From Candidatus Aenigmatarchaeota archaeon (GTDB taxonomy: Archaea; Aenigmatarchaeota; Aenigmatarchaeia; CG10238-14; SpSt-28): a stretch of DNA of 64,000 nt. The notes under the pieces were generated by a model that made no database searches, was not told the DNA's origin, and saw nothing but the letters and a program-made list of their open reading frames with translations. The stretch covers positions 64,825 through 128,824 of the forward strand of contig JAVVFY010000001.1 in assembly GCA_032249395.1 (NCBI GenBank), in the 5' to 3' direction. The translations under genes and the position numbers were made by a program. Below, piece after piece: positions 54,462 through 64,000 of the stretch (position 1 is the stretch's first letter; every line of letters begins with the position of its first letter).

Positions 54462-56126
54462 TTAATATTCTTCGCTAGGAGTTTCTGATTTTTTATCCTT
54501 GCCCTTTTCTTCTTTACCTAGTTTACTTGCCGCTATAATATCATCAATCCTTAAAATCATTTCAGCCGCTTCTGCAGCACTTTTTATAGCTTGGGATTTC
54601 ACTTTTAGTGGCTCTATTATTCCAGCTTCCAAAGCATCAACTATTTTTCCTGTAAAAACATCAACTCCATAAGTTGTTTTTCCTTGTTCGTGAGCAGCTC
54701 TTAATTCAACTAAAATATCTATTGGATCTAACCCAGCATTTTCTGCTAAAGTTCTTGGAATTATTTCTAAAGCATTTGCAAATTCCTGAATTGCAAGTTG
54801 TTCTCTACCAGAGAACTTTTCAGCAAACTCTCTTATCCTTTTTGCCAATTCTTCTTCAATAGCCCCAGCTCCAGGCACTATTTTACCGCTTTCTAAGGCA
54901 GATATCAAAGCTCCTATTCCATCTTCAACATTTCTGTCAATTTCATCAACAACGTGTTCTGTACTTCCTCTAACCAAAATTGTTACTGCTTTTGGGTTTT
55001 TGCAACCAGTAACAAAAGTCATTGCTTCTCCAGCAATCTTTCTTTCTTCTACTAATTCTGCATAACCTAGGTCTTTTTCTGTCAAATCATCAAGGTTGCT
55101 AACAATTCTTGCTCCAGTAGCCTTTGCTAAAGCTTCTAGATCAGAACGCTTAATTCTTCTGCAGGCAGCAATTCCTTTCTTAGCTAAGTAGTGTTGAACT
55201 AAATCATCGATTCCCTTCTCGCAGAAAACTACATTCGCTCCAACTGAAGCAATTTTATTTACCATTTCTTTCAACATTTTTTGTTCTTGCTCCAAGAAAG
55301 CTTGTAGTTGTTCAGGTGAGGTTATTCTTATTTGAGCGTCAGTTTCCGTTTTCTCAATCTCTAGTGGACAATCTAGCAATGCAATTTTTGCATTTTTAAT
55401 GGTTTTTGGCATTTGTGGGTGAACTATTTCTTTATCAACGATTATTCCTTTTACAAGTTGGGTTTCCTCTACAGAAGCCCCATGTTTCTTTACTCTTTTT
55501 ATATTGTCTTTATCAATTTTTATTTTTCCATCCTTTACTTCTGCTACGCTTCTAACAGCTTCAATTAACAACTCTGCTATCTTTGGTGCTGCTTCTTTTC
55601 CAGATTTTCCGGACATGGATGTAACTACAATTTTCTTAAGAGTTTCTGTATCATCTATGTTTATTGGAATAGCAAGCTCATCCAATACTCTTAATGCTTC
55701 TTCTTTAGCAAGTTGATAACCTTTAGTTATTACTGTTGGATGAATTTCTTGATCTAGCAAACTTTCTGCTCTTTTTAATAGCTCTCCTGCAAGAATTACA
55801 GCACTTGTTGTTCCATCTCCAACTTCTTCATTTTGAGTTTTGGCAACTTCTACCATCATCTTTGCCGCTGGATGTTCAACCTCCATTTCTTGGAGAATTG
55901 TTACTCCGTCGTTTGTTATTGTAATGTCGCCAATAGAATCTACTAACATTTTGTCCATTCCTTTTGGTCCTAGAGTAGTTCTAACAATATCTGCTATTGC
56001 TTTGGCTGCAGCTATGTTAGCCTTTTGCGCATCTCTTCCTGTAGATCTAACAGTTCCTTCCGGAAGTATTAATACAGGCTGACCGCCTATTTGAGCTATA
56101 TATGCTTGTTGAGGCATCTCCATCAC
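54462..56126 (-). CDS. ths: Thermosome subunit (group II chaperonin)
   Basis: [26 protein letters not shown], and VPGAGAIE. Confidence 0.95.
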   Translation of the reverse strand: MMEMPQQAYIAQIGGQPVLILPEGTVRSTGRDAQKANIAAAKAIADIVRTTLGPKGMDKMLVDSIGDITITNDGVTILQEMEVEHPAAKMMVEVAKTQNEEVGDGTTSAVILAGELLKRAESLLDQEIHPTVITKGYQLAKEEALRVLDELAIPINIDDTETLKKIVVTSMSGKSGKEAAPKIAELLIEAVRSVAEVKDGKIKIDKDNIKRVKKHGASVEETQLVKGIIVDKEIVHPQMPKTIKNAKIALLDCPLEIEKTETDAQIRITSPEQLQAFLEQEQKMLKEMVNKIASVGANVVFCEKGIDDLVQHYLAKKGIAACRRIKRSDLEALAKATGARIVSNLDDLTEKDLGYAELVEERKIAGEAMTFVTGCKNPKAVTILVRGSTEHVVDEIDRNVEDGIGALISALESGKIVPGAGAIEEELAKRIREFAEKFSGREQLAIQEFANALEIIPRTLAENAGLDPIDILVELRAAHEQGKTTYGVDVFTGKIVDALEAGIIEPLKVKSQAIKSAAEAAEMILRIDDIIAASKLGKEEKGKDKKSETPSEEY

Positions 56127-56224
56127 CTTCTAACATTTAGCTTATAATTTGACTCAATAAAAGGTTATTCATCTAAAATTATTATGTAATGTTAAGTTTA
56201 AAAGCTTTAGGTGGAATTTTTAAA

Positions 56225-56509
56225 ATGGAATTCTATAAGCCAAGAAAAATAGCTTCTATAGAAAAAGATGATAACAAGTTTTGCTTGTTAGGAGTGGTCG
56301 AAGAGACAGGTGAAGGATACTTTATACTTTCCGATGAAACAGGAAAAGTTAAAGTGAATAGTAATTTTAAAGTTAACAAAGGTATGCTTGTTAAAGTTTT
56401 CTGTAGCAAGTTGGATGAAGAAATATTTGCAGATTTCATTCAAAATAAAGAAGGCTTGGACTTGAATCTTTGGAAGAAAGCGGAAAGCTTATATTTAAGG
56501 CTTATATAA
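56225..56509 (+). CDS. Small OB-fold-like protein (function unknown)
   Basis: MEFYKPRKIASIEKDDNKFCLLGVVEETGEGYFILSDETGKVKV has a beta-rich, OB-like pattern. The start is uncertain (56189 or 56225). Confidence 0.4.
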   Translation: MEFYKPRKIASIEKDDNKFCLLGVVEETGEGYFILSDETGKVKVNSNFKVNKGMLVKVFCSKLDEEIFADFIQNKEGLDLNLWKKAESLYLRLI

Positions 56510-56526
56510 CTTAATATGGTGGTTGA

Positions 56527-57270
56527 ATGAAAGTAACGATAGCCGAGCCTGAGATCCTTATAACTAGCGTTTCTACTGCAGCAGAAATAATTGATGAGGG
56601 AATTTTTAAGTTTGGAAAAGAAGGAATTAGCTTGACTGCAGCAGATAGAGCAATGGTTGCTGTTATAGATCTATTAATTTCTAAAGACGCGTTTGAAGAG
56701 TATGACGTTGTTGAAGAAAAAGAGATAGGAGTGAACATGACAAATTTATTATCTTTGCTAAAAAGAGCAAGAGGTTCTGATAAAATTAGTTTGGAGTTTG
56801 CTGAAAATAGATTAATTCTTACTATTTACAATAGTACAAAAAGAAGATTTACAATACCTATTCTTCAGCTAACTAGAGAAGAGATTCCTCCAATAGATCA
56901 ATTAGAATTTAAAGCTAGCGTGACCTTAAAGCCAGATATTTTAGAAGATGCGATAAAAGATGCAAGTATTATAACAGACGCTATAACATTTCAAGCAACC
57001 AAAAATTTATTTAAAATAAGTGCAGAGGGCGATGTTAGTCAGAGCGAGTTAGAGTTGATGCCTGGCGATGAAGGTTTGGTAGACCTTCAAGTTAAAGAAG
57101 ATAGCAAAGCAAAATATCCTTTAGACTATTTAGAGAAAATATTGAAAGCAGCAAAAATTTCTGATGAAGTCAATTTAAAGTTCGCGCAGGACTATCCAAT
57201 GAGAATTGATTTTAAGTATGAAGGAAAAGCAAGAATTTCAATGGTTCTAGCTCCTAGAGTGAGTGAGTAA
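56527..57270 (+). CDS. pcn: DNA polymerase sliding clamp PCNA
   Basis: 247 aa with the two-domain PCNA pattern, a YPLDYL motif and a C-terminal MVLAPRV. Confidence 0.9.
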   Translation: MKVTIAEPEILITSVSTAAEIIDEGIFKFGKEGISLTAADRAMVAVIDLLISKDAFEEYDVVEEKEIGVNMTNLLSLLKRARGSDKISLEFAENRLILTIYNSTKRRFTIPILQLTREEIPPIDQLEFKASVTLKPDILEDAIKDASIITDAITFQATKNLFKISAEGDVSQSELELMPGDEGLVDLQVKEDSKAKYPLDYLEKILKAAKISDEVNLKFAQDYPMRIDFKYEGKARISMVLAPRVSE

Positions 57271-57637
57271 AGTAGAATTTTTTTAAGAAACTTTAATTTC
57301 ATTGCAAATCGAGGTGCAAAAGATAACCTCTATTCAAAGGGCTTTTCTGAAAATTTTTGAAACCTGTTAAAGAAATTCCTTACTTTTTGAGGTTAAATAT
57401 AATTATATTTGTTCAGATAAACACCTATAGAAACATCACTCGTAACGTGTCACTAATTACTTTAAATAGTTTAATATCAACCACTATCTACATATAATTA
57501 TGTATCGTGTATTTAAAAGCTTTTCGGCCTATATGCTTATAGACTCTACTAGCAGAAATGGAAAACAAAAATCTACTTAAATTTGTTCCAACTTTTATCT
57601 CAAAATCGTAAATAAATACATATAAAAAATAAAAAAT

Positions 57638-58063
57638 TTATCGCTTCGATCTTTGTTTATGTCTCCTACTCCCGCGTTTACTAGCTCCCTTTCCGCTTGC
57701 GTGATGCGGCTCATTCCTTCTTGGATCATAAACTAAAAGGTTTCTATCATACTCCAAAAACTTTTGCTTGAGTTTCTTGTCTTTTGAATATCTAACTAAC
57801 GCTTTAGCAATCGCCTGTCTAACAGCTTCCGCTTGCCCAACAATCCCTCCACTTCTAACATTAACATGAATATCAACTGCTTTAGCTAAATCGCCAGCTA
57901 AAATCAAAGGCTCTTTAACCCAAAGTCTTAAAACAGGAGTACCCCAAAAATCTAAAGGCTTAGAATTAATGAAAACTTTACCTGTTCCTTCTTTAATAAC
58001 AGCTCTAGCTATGGCAAGCCTTCTTTTTCCAACTTCTAATATCGTTTTCTCTTTCTTCACCAT
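57638..58063 (-). CDS. rps9: Ribosomal protein S9 (uS9)
   Basis: GKRRLAIARAVIKEG.GKVFIN... and a C-terminal basic tail ...RRHKQRSKR. Confidence 0.9.
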   Translation of the reverse strand: MVKKEKTILEVGKRRLAIARAVIKEGTGKVFINSKPLDFWGTPVLRLWVKEPLILAGDLAKAVDIHVNVRSGGIVGQAEAVRQAIAKALVRYSKDKKLKQKFLEYDRNLLVYDPRRNEPHHASGKGASKRGSRRHKQRSKR

Positions 58064-58485
58064 CTTTTTTCAGCCCCGAGCATTACAGACAAATCACCAA
58101 GTGTAATATATTTACATTTAAGCTTACTTACATCTGCTTCTTCTATTCTAATTTTCTCCTTGTTCTTAAATTCTTCTGGCTCACCAATATAAACTTTAAG
58201 CCTTCTATAAGCTTTTCTTCCCTTATCCTTATGCCAAGGCAACATTCCTCTAACAATTCTTCTTAAAATTAAATCCGGATATCTTGGATAAAAAGGTCCC
58301 TTTTTTGGATCCCCCCTGTCTCTTTTTTGTTTGAATTCTCTAAATTTCATTTTTGGATTTCCGGATAATACGGCTTTTTCGGCATTAACAATCACAACTT
58401 GTTCACCATTAAGCAAATCTTTTGCTACATAACTTGCTAGTCTTCCGGCGATTTGATTTGTGGCATCGTATATCTTCATGTTCAC
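58057..58485 (-). CDS. rpl13: Ribosomal protein L13 (uL13)
   Basis: [33 protein letters not shown]... Confidence 0.9.
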   Translation of the reverse strand: MNMKIYDATNQIAGRLASYVAKDLLNGEQVVIVNAEKAVLSGNPKMKFREFKQKRDRGDPKKGPFYPRYPDLILRRIVRGMLPWHKDKGRKAYRRLKVYIGEPEEFKNKEKIRIEEADVSKLKCKYITLGDLSVMLGAEKRW

Positions 58486-58847
58486 ACCATTATTCTAACA
58501 TTGCTTCCTTTTGGATTTTCTTTAAGCAATTCTTCAATAGAAATTGCTCTCGAGCCTGCTTTTTCAATTTTTTGCCTGGCTTTAGCAGAGAATCTCCACG
58601 CAGCTATAGTTACTTTCTTTTTCAACTCACCTTCACTCAAAACGACCCCCGGAACAACAATTGTTTCCCCATCTTTTGCTTCTCTTTCTATGTGTTTAAG
58701 ATTTATCTCGGCTCTTCTTCTTGTTGGTCTCTCAAGAATTTCTGCTACTCTTTTCCAAATTTTTGCATTTTCCTCTAAAGATTTCTTTTTAAGTTCCTCA
58801 ATAAGCCTTTTCAACATGGGATTTGTCGGTCCAGTTCTTTTTACCAT
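58482..58847 (-). CDS. rpl18e: Ribosomal protein L18e (eL18)
   Basis: [21 protein letters not shown]...[11 protein letters not shown]...VPGVVL. It sits at the conserved position upstream of L13. Confidence 0.85.
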   Translation of the reverse strand: MVKRTGPTNPMLKRLIEELKKKSLEENAKIWKRVAEILERPTRRRAEINLKHIEREAKDGETIVVPGVVLSEGELKKKVTIAAWRFSAKARQKIEKAGSRAISIEELLKENPKGSNVRIMV

Positions 58848-58879
58848 AAGCTTTAATTTTTGATTTTAAGATTTAAAAA

Positions 58880-59749
58880 TTAAGCTACCCTTATAGCTTC
58901 GCTTAGTCTAAAAAGAAGTCTAACAATTTCCTTCCAATTTTCTATGTTATGTGTGTGATCTTCTAAAACCCTTTTTCTAAACTTTGCTTCAACCACCTCG
59001 CAACCCTTAGCAACTTCTTCAAAACCTTTTTTATATTTATTCAAGGATAAACCTACGCTTCTAATCCTATCCGCACTTTCTTCTAGTTTTTGTTGAAGGT
59101 AATTCAAATCGATATTATCATTTGATACTGATGCAAAGAAGGCTCTTTTTATTCTTTCACCATTATAAGTTAGTGGACTAATATGTGTAGCCAACTGGGT
59201 TTCTAGCGGTAGTGAATGAATATATCCTATTGTTGCGCGTTTCATAAAATCTTCTTCGTATAAAGAAATTGGACCTATTCCAGTTTCTATGTCAAAAATA
59301 TCCAGCTTTTCTAATTCAATATGAGAACTTATTTTAATTGGATAAATGAGGAGTATATAAGCTTCAAAAGGAGAATGTACTATCTCGTAATTATTACTAA
59401 CTATTCCTCGAATTCGTTTCTCTTTTTCGATGAGTCTTTCTTTTTTTATTCTAAAACCTTCAAAGTTACTAATAGAAGAAACAGCTAAATCTATATCATA
59501 AGATAAATTTATCCATGGTCTATAAGAAGAATGAATAAAAGATTTTATACCAATGTTACCTACATATCCGTAAATACTGCCCTTTAAGATACCTAACTCA
59601 TTAATAGTCCAAGTCGCTACGACCTCCCCTTTACTTAAGGCGGTTTCTTCCAAAACTTTTGAAACTATGGATTGGGATGCTATTTTGTGATATAAACTTC
59701 TACTAATTGTTTGGTCATGCGATTTCATATAATTTCCTCTAAACAACAT
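58880..59749 (-). CDS. Hypothetical protein, possibly an AbiEii-like nucleotidyltransferase
   Basis: YGYVGNIGIKSFIHSSYRPWINLSYDIDLAV weakly resembles the GG...R.S.DiD NTase pattern. 289 aa. Confidence 0.4.
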   Translation of the reverse strand: MLFRGNYMKSHDQTISRSLYHKIASQSIVSKVLEETALSKGEVVATWTINELGILKGSIYGYVGNIGIKSFIHSSYRPWINLSYDIDLAVSSISNFEGFRIKKERLIEKEKRIRGIVSNNYEIVHSPFEAYILLIYPIKISSHIELEKLDIFDIETGIGPISLYEEDFMKRATIGYIHSLPLETQLATHISPLTYNGERIKRAFFASVSNDNIDLNYLQQKLEESADRIRSVGLSLNKYKKGFEEVAKGCEVVEAKFRKRVLEDHTHNIENWKEIVRLLFRLSEAIRVA

Positions 59750-59884
59750 TTAAAAGCTCAAACTATGTAGTTTTGAAAGGTGATTTAAACTTGTAGAGTT
59801 TAATTTCTTTATCTCAAAAAGATCTTCATTTTTAGCTTTTTGCTCAAAATGTTTTTTTCGCTTATAAAAGTTGTTACTCTTCAT
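59750..59884 (-). CDS. Small basic ORF abutting the 58880..59749 gene
   Basis: My translation: MKSNNFYKRKKHFEQKAKNEDLFEIKKLNSTSLNHLSKLHSLSF*. Its TAA is immediately followed by the downstream ATG (TAAATG). A TTG at 59926 would extend it to 58 aa. Confidence 0.3.
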   Translation of the reverse strand: MKSNNFYKRKKHFEQKAKNEDLFEIKKLNSTSLNHLSKLHSLSF

Positions 59885-60133
59885 TATTAAAGCTTCTAAT
59901 TCTTGTTCTGATTTATTTTTTATCAAGTCAAAACTGTTTTGTTATTCTAATTGCCTCTTTCCCCGTCTTATACTTTTTCTATTTTTTAGTTTTAAAAAAT
60001 GTGTTAGTTTGATTTTTTATTTTTGTGGCGAATTTTTTGTGTCATTTCCATAGGCATCAAAATATTAAACTACTACTTTTTATAAGTATTTTTAACTTTC
60101 TCATTCATACGGCTCATCGTGGTATTTGTAAAT

Positions 60134-60688
60134 TTAGTATCTTGCTAGGTATAGATACCTTGTTTTTTCTATTATTTCTTTAACAGCTATTTTTAAGTCG
60201 CGTAGATCTTTTTCCATTCTTTTAATATAGTAGTGTTGATGCTTTCCCTCAACAGAAAAAACAATGCTATAGAAAGGTAGTTTAATATGCTCAGGAAGAT
60301 TATGTAGAACGTTACTATATTTTTTAACTATTTTTGAAACTATACTATATACTTTGTTTAGAGTTTTATCAGGACTGTAACCTTTTCTGCTGCACTCTTC
60401 TAGTAGGTAATCGAGCTCATGTATATGGTGCAAAAATTGGTTTGGAAGATTATATAACTTATCGTAGAAGTCTTTTTCTTTTCTTTCACTTATTATTCTG
60501 GCCAAATATAAAGTAATAAAAGGTACGCAAAAAATAAGCAACACTGTAAAATAATTTTTTGTAACAATTGTATAAGATGAAGTATTTGGCTTAATAAAAT
60601 ATAAAAGAACAAAGATATAGCTAAAGCAAAAAAATAGAAAAAATAAAACAAAAATTCTAGGCTTCATACTATATATTGAAGTGTTCAA
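60134..60688 (-). CDS. Membrane-anchored hypothetical protein
   Basis: 184 aa with two N-terminal TM helices and a helical cytosolic part. Confidence 0.5.
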   Translation of the reverse strand: MNTSIYSMKPRIFVLFFLFFCFSYIFVLLYFIKPNTSSYTIVTKNYFTVLLIFCVPFITLYLARIISERKEKDFYDKLYNLPNQFLHHIHELDYLLEECSRKGYSPDKTLNKVYSIVSKIVKKYSNVLHNLPEHIKLPFYSIVFSVEGKHQHYYIKRMEKDLRDLKIAVKEIIEKTRYLYLARY

Positions 60689-60722
60689 TAAAATCTTAAA
60701 TTTGTTTGTTCATACTTAACAA

Positions 60723-61751
60723 ATGTACTCAAAAGTGCGCAATAATGAAGATGAAATTTATGATAATCTTGAGACAGAATTGATAGAGAGAATAAGAAGA
60801 CTTCAATATGAGTATACTAGAAGCGAGGAGAAGAAGAAAGAATTTGTTGATAGTTTAAAAGAGTTAATAAGTATTTTAGGAAATAGAGGCGATTATCATG
60901 GTCTAATAGAAATTGCACAAGGAATATACGAAGAAGTTCATCATATACCACAAGAAATAAGAGAAGAAGCAGCATATTTAGCTAGTGATATGGTATCTAG
61001 CATAGGTCGTTGTGATATTTTAGTCCAACACATTTTTATTAACAGTGGATATCCCAAAGAGAATAGAGTTAAAAAATACTATTTGAGTATTTGCCTAGAA
61101 AATGTCGCACTTAAAGGAGATCATCTTCACCTTGTGAAGTATTTAGAAGATCCTAATATAAATATATATTTAGACCAACAAACACAAGATAAAGCTAGAG
61201 AAATATTACTTCCAAATGCAATAAAGGAGGATATTATTAAGAGTTTAGAAGATGGTGATTTCATACGTCTTACTCGGATTGCAAGCGGAAGTTATAATTA
61301 TATTCCACAAAGTCTTAGAGAGTTAGCACGAAAAAGTATAGAATCGGCAGCTAGTAGAAAGTTAGAACTTTTAAAGGAAAAAGTTAGAAGCCATCCAGAA
61401 ACTATAGAGACATTCCACTCGTTATTATACCTTTTATTCAATCCATATATTCCTCAATATTTCAAAGAAAAGTTTCTAGAAGAAATAATCTCCGGACCTT
61501 ATGAAGTAAAATCAAAAATAAAAGATTTTCTAAAAGAATTACAAAATATTGTTGAAAAATATAGAAGAAGTTGCTCAGAGGATAACAGGGTAAATCGTTG
61601 TTTGAAGAATATAGCTCGAGAGCTGTTTCAAAAATACGATTATACGAGTTTGTGGTCTGATTTGGATTCCATTTACGAGTATACTAAAGATGAACTTACT
61701 AGAGTTTTTGATGAATTAGAAAGTTTAATAAAAAATTATGAAAGTTTGTAA
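60723..61751 (+). CDS. Hypothetical all-helical protein
   Basis: 342 aa ORF. I recognise no motif. Confidence 0.55.
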   Translation: MYSKVRNNEDEIYDNLETELIERIRRLQYEYTRSEEKKKEFVDSLKELISILGNRGDYHGLIEIAQGIYEEVHHIPQEIREEAAYLASDMVSSIGRCDILVQHIFINSGYPKENRVKKYYLSICLENVALKGDHLHLVKYLEDPNINIYLDQQTQDKAREILLPNAIKEDIIKSLEDGDFIRLTRIASGSYNYIPQSLRELARKSIESAASRKLELLKEKVRSHPETIETFHSLLYLLFNPYIPQYFKEKFLEEIISGPYEVKSKIKDFLKELQNIVEKYRRSCSEDNRVNRCLKNIARELFQKYDYTSLWSDLDSIYEYTKDELTRVFDELESLIKNYESL

Positions 61752-61814
61752 AAGCGTGAAATGAAAAAGTTTGATTTTTTAGTTTTTTTATAGTATGAAT
61801 TCTACATTTTTCTA

Positions 61815-63065
61815 ATGAAGATTGAATTTTTGGGTGCGATGGGATGCGTAGGAGCAAGCGGAGTTTTAGTAGAAGAAAATAATGATAGAATTGTTTTAGA
61901 TTATGGAACAAAGCCAAGAGAAATTCCACCAAAATTTCCTTTACCAGTAGAAAAACCAAAAGCTTTACTGCTTTCACACGCCCATTTAGATCATTCGGGC
62001 GGAATCCCTTTGCTTGTTAAAGAATATTCAACTCCAATTTATGCTTTAGATGTAACAAAAGATTTAACTGAACTCTTGCTAGAAGATTCAATAAAGGTTT
62101 CGAGAGAAGAAGGGGTAGAATTACCTTTTAATGAGTTCGACATTAAGCAGACTATAAAAAATTTTGTTTTAGTTAATTACAACAAGCCTTTCAAGATTGG
62201 CAATTTCCAAATAACTTACTTTGACGCCGGTCATATTCCAGGATCGGCAATGATTTTTGTTGAAACAGATAAAACTAATTTGCTATATACAGGAGACTTT
62301 AATGATATAAACACAAGGCTGTTAGAAAAGTGTGAAGAAGATTTACCAAAAATAAAAAATTTGATAATAGAGAGTACCTACTCTGATAGAGAACATCCTG
62401 ATAGAAAAAGAGAAGAAAGAGAACTAGTAAAAATGATTGAAGAAACAATTTCTGATAATCAACCAGCAATAGTTGCAGCTTTTGCTGTTGGAAGGGCTCA
62501 AGAAATTTTATTAATACTAGCAAAGCATGGAGTTTCGTATCCTATTTTCATGGATGGAATGGCAAAAAAAGCAACAACAATAATAAACAAATATAAAAAG
62601 TATTTGAGAGAACCTGAAGATTTTGAGGAAGCTTTAAGGCTCGTTACTTATGTTAAAGGGAGAATGAGGAGAAGATTGGTAAAGGAAGCTGCTTGCATAA
62701 TAACAACTAGTGGCATGTTAACTGGTGGACCTGTTGTTAAATACATTGAAAAACTTCATAAAAAGGAAAGAGCGAGCTTGATTTTGACAGGTTGGCAAAT
62801 TGAAGGTACGCCAGGAAGAACTTTACTAGAAACAGGCAGGTTTATTTACGAAAATTTTGAATTAGAAGTTAAAATGAGAGTTAAAAGATTTGATTTTTCA
62901 GCTCATGCAGGAAGAAAAGGATTATTTGAGTTTGTTAAGAGAATTAACCCTGAAAAAGTTTTCTGCATTCATGGCGATCATACAGAAGAGTTTGCCGAAG
63001 AATTAAAAAGAGAAGGTTTTGACGCTATAGCTCCTTTAGCAAACAATAGAATTTTTGAGTTATAG
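61815..63065 (+). CDS. Metallo-beta-lactamase / beta-CASP ribonuclease (aCPSF2/RNase J-like)
   Basis: LLLSHAHLDHSGGIPLL (HxHxDH), FDAGHIPGS, ESTYSDREH, and the C-terminal FSAHAG and IHGD motifs. Confidence 0.85.
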   Translation: MKIEFLGAMGCVGASGVLVEENNDRIVLDYGTKPREIPPKFPLPVEKPKALLLSHAHLDHSGGIPLLVKEYSTPIYALDVTKDLTELLLEDSIKVSREEGVELPFNEFDIKQTIKNFVLVNYNKPFKIGNFQITYFDAGHIPGSAMIFVETDKTNLLYTGDFNDINTRLLEKCEEDLPKIKNLIIESTYSDREHPDRKREERELVKMIEETISDNQPAIVAAFAVGRAQEILLILAKHGVSYPIFMDGMAKKATTIINKYKKYLREPEDFEEALRLVTYVKGRMRRRLVKEAACIITTSGMLTGGPVVKYIEKLHKKERASLILTGWQIEGTPGRTLLETGRFIYENFELEVKMRVKRFDFSAHAGRKGLFEFVKRINPEKVFCIHGDHTEEFAEELKREGFDAIAPLANNRIFEL

Positions 63066-63437
63066 GTAAGGAAAGCCTAATTCCCTAGCTTTTTCAATTA
63101 TTTCCTCGTAGTTTGTTAACTCTCCTTCTATTTTTATTTTAATAATGTTGATTTTTACTTTCCCATTTCTCTCTTTTCTATTTTCTCCATCCAAGAAGTA
63201 TATCTTTGCATACGGGCAAGTAATGCAATTTCCATTATGGTTTACAAAAAGTTGAGTATATTTTTTAATTGACAAATATTCTTTATTTCCTTCTCCAACA
63301 GCTATTATCGTTTCCCTGGAAGAGTATGGGTCATGATACCCATTTCTACCATTATGGTATTTGCATGTTATTACTACTGTTTGGTAATTCCCTTTCATAT
63401 TTTTAAATAGATTTTTGGGTTTAAAAATATTTACCAT
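63060..63437 (-). CDS. Hypothetical protein
   Basis: 125 aa ORF with scattered Cys/His (CKYHNG, HNGNCITCPY). Confidence 0.45.
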   Translation of the reverse strand: MVNIFKPKNLFKNMKGNYQTVVITCKYHNGRNGYHDPYSSRETIIAVGEGNKEYLSIKKYTQLFVNHNGNCITCPYAKIYFLDGENRKERNGKVKINIIKIKIEGELTNYEEIIEKARELGFPYL

Positions 63438-63492
63438 CTAATAGTAATGAAAAGTAGAAAGCTTTAAATACTTTAACTACTAAAAAGTAAAT

Positions 63493-63768
63493 ATGAACAG
63501 ATTAGATTTAAAGCAACAGCTTGAAATTTGCTATAGGAACTACAAAAAATGGAAAGAGTTAGCTTTTTCTTCTGATGGAATAGAATCTAAAAAGGCTATG
63601 GAAAGGGCTTTTTTCTGGCTGGAGATGCATTCTGCTTTTTTTGCTGTTGGGACTTTAGAAAAAAGCAAAAATATGGACAAAGAGGATATTTTAAAACTAA
63701 TTCAACTGAAATCAAAACTTGTTGAAAGATTGGCAGAATACGCAAAAACTTTGATAGAAGATTTCTAG
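63493..63768 (+). CDS. Hypothetical helical protein
   Basis: 91 aa ORF. Confidence 0.4.
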   Translation: MNRLDLKQQLEICYRNYKKWKELAFSSDGIESKKAMERAFFWLEMHSAFFAVGTLEKSKNMDKEDILKLIQLKSKLVERLAEYAKTLIEDF

Positions 63769-63819
63769 AGAATGAATTTTTAAATTCCCCATCTTAATTC
63801 TAATTGGAGGTGCAAAAAA

Positions 63820-64000
63820 ATGGCAAAGAAAGAAGAAAAGGCACTAGTTGTTAAGTCTGCTGTTAGAGAACTAGTTGGCAACTTAAGAGTATCAGAAGAC
63901 TTTTGGGAAGCTTTGAATAAGAGTGTATCAGAACTTGTTAAGAAAGCTGTAGAGAGAGCTAAAGCAAACGGAAGAAAGACTGTTAGAGGAGCCGACCTCT
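63820..64000 (+). CDS. Histone-fold (archaeal histone/DUF1931-like) protein, 3' end off the window
   Basis: My translation: MAKKEEKALVVKSAVRELVGNLRVSEDFWEALNKSVSELVKKAVERAKANGRKTVRGADL. It has the R-V-S...A...GRKTV..D histone-fold pattern. ggaggtg lies 9 nt upstream. Confidence 0.55.
   Translation, partial: MAKKEEKALVVKSAVRELVGNLRVSEDFWEALNKSVSELVKKAVERAKANGRKTVRGADL

Noticed and set aside
58422-58863. Two overlapping + strand ORFs (118 and 136 aa).
   Set aside because: They are antisense to the well-supported L13 and L18e genes and have no recognisable motifs.

Overview
The window is a visibly AT-rich archaeal chromosomal segment. Its gene content fits a small-genome, DPANN-like archaeon; that taxonomic placement is inference. 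All calls come from reading the sequence and the ORF track by eye, with no database search.

Housekeeping genes:
- Repair and replication: Mre11/Rad50, Orc1/Cdc6 and PCNA.
- Transcription: TFB, the Rpo7-Spt4-S24e-S27ae operon, Rpo11 and MBF1.
- Translation: the L18e-L13-S9 operon, aIF2-gamma, class II LysRS and ValRS.
- Other: thermosome, GlmS, adenylate kinase, pyrophosphatase, TatD and a beta-CASP RNase.

RNA genes: there are six tRNA genes, and four carry intervening sequences. Thr and Ile have canonical bulge-helix-bulge (BHB) introns. Cys has a non-canonical intervening sequence. Initiator Met has two non-canonical ones plus an unusual leader/trailer helix.

Accessory content:
- A Tad/FlaI-type type IV pilus locus and a recently duplicated pilin gene.
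- A mini-intein-plus-homing-endonuclease in the P-loop of aIF2-gamma, and two free-standing LAGLIDADG genes.
- Several nucleotidyltransferase/HEPN genes.
- A tightly packed divergent cluster of uncharacterised genes at 8.1-16.1 kb.

At least seven genes are disrupted by in-frame stops or frameshifts: a DNA ligase, HepT, two sugar-nucleotidyltransferases, a LAGLIDADG gene, an MNT gene without a start codon, and valS.

Most interesting observation: the valS interruption coincides exactly with a GC-rich BHB-like hairpin. Predicted cleavage there would remove 23 nt and restore the reading frame at the HIGH motif. That makes it a candidate protein-coding BHB intron.

No CRISPR array, rRNA or transposase was seen.
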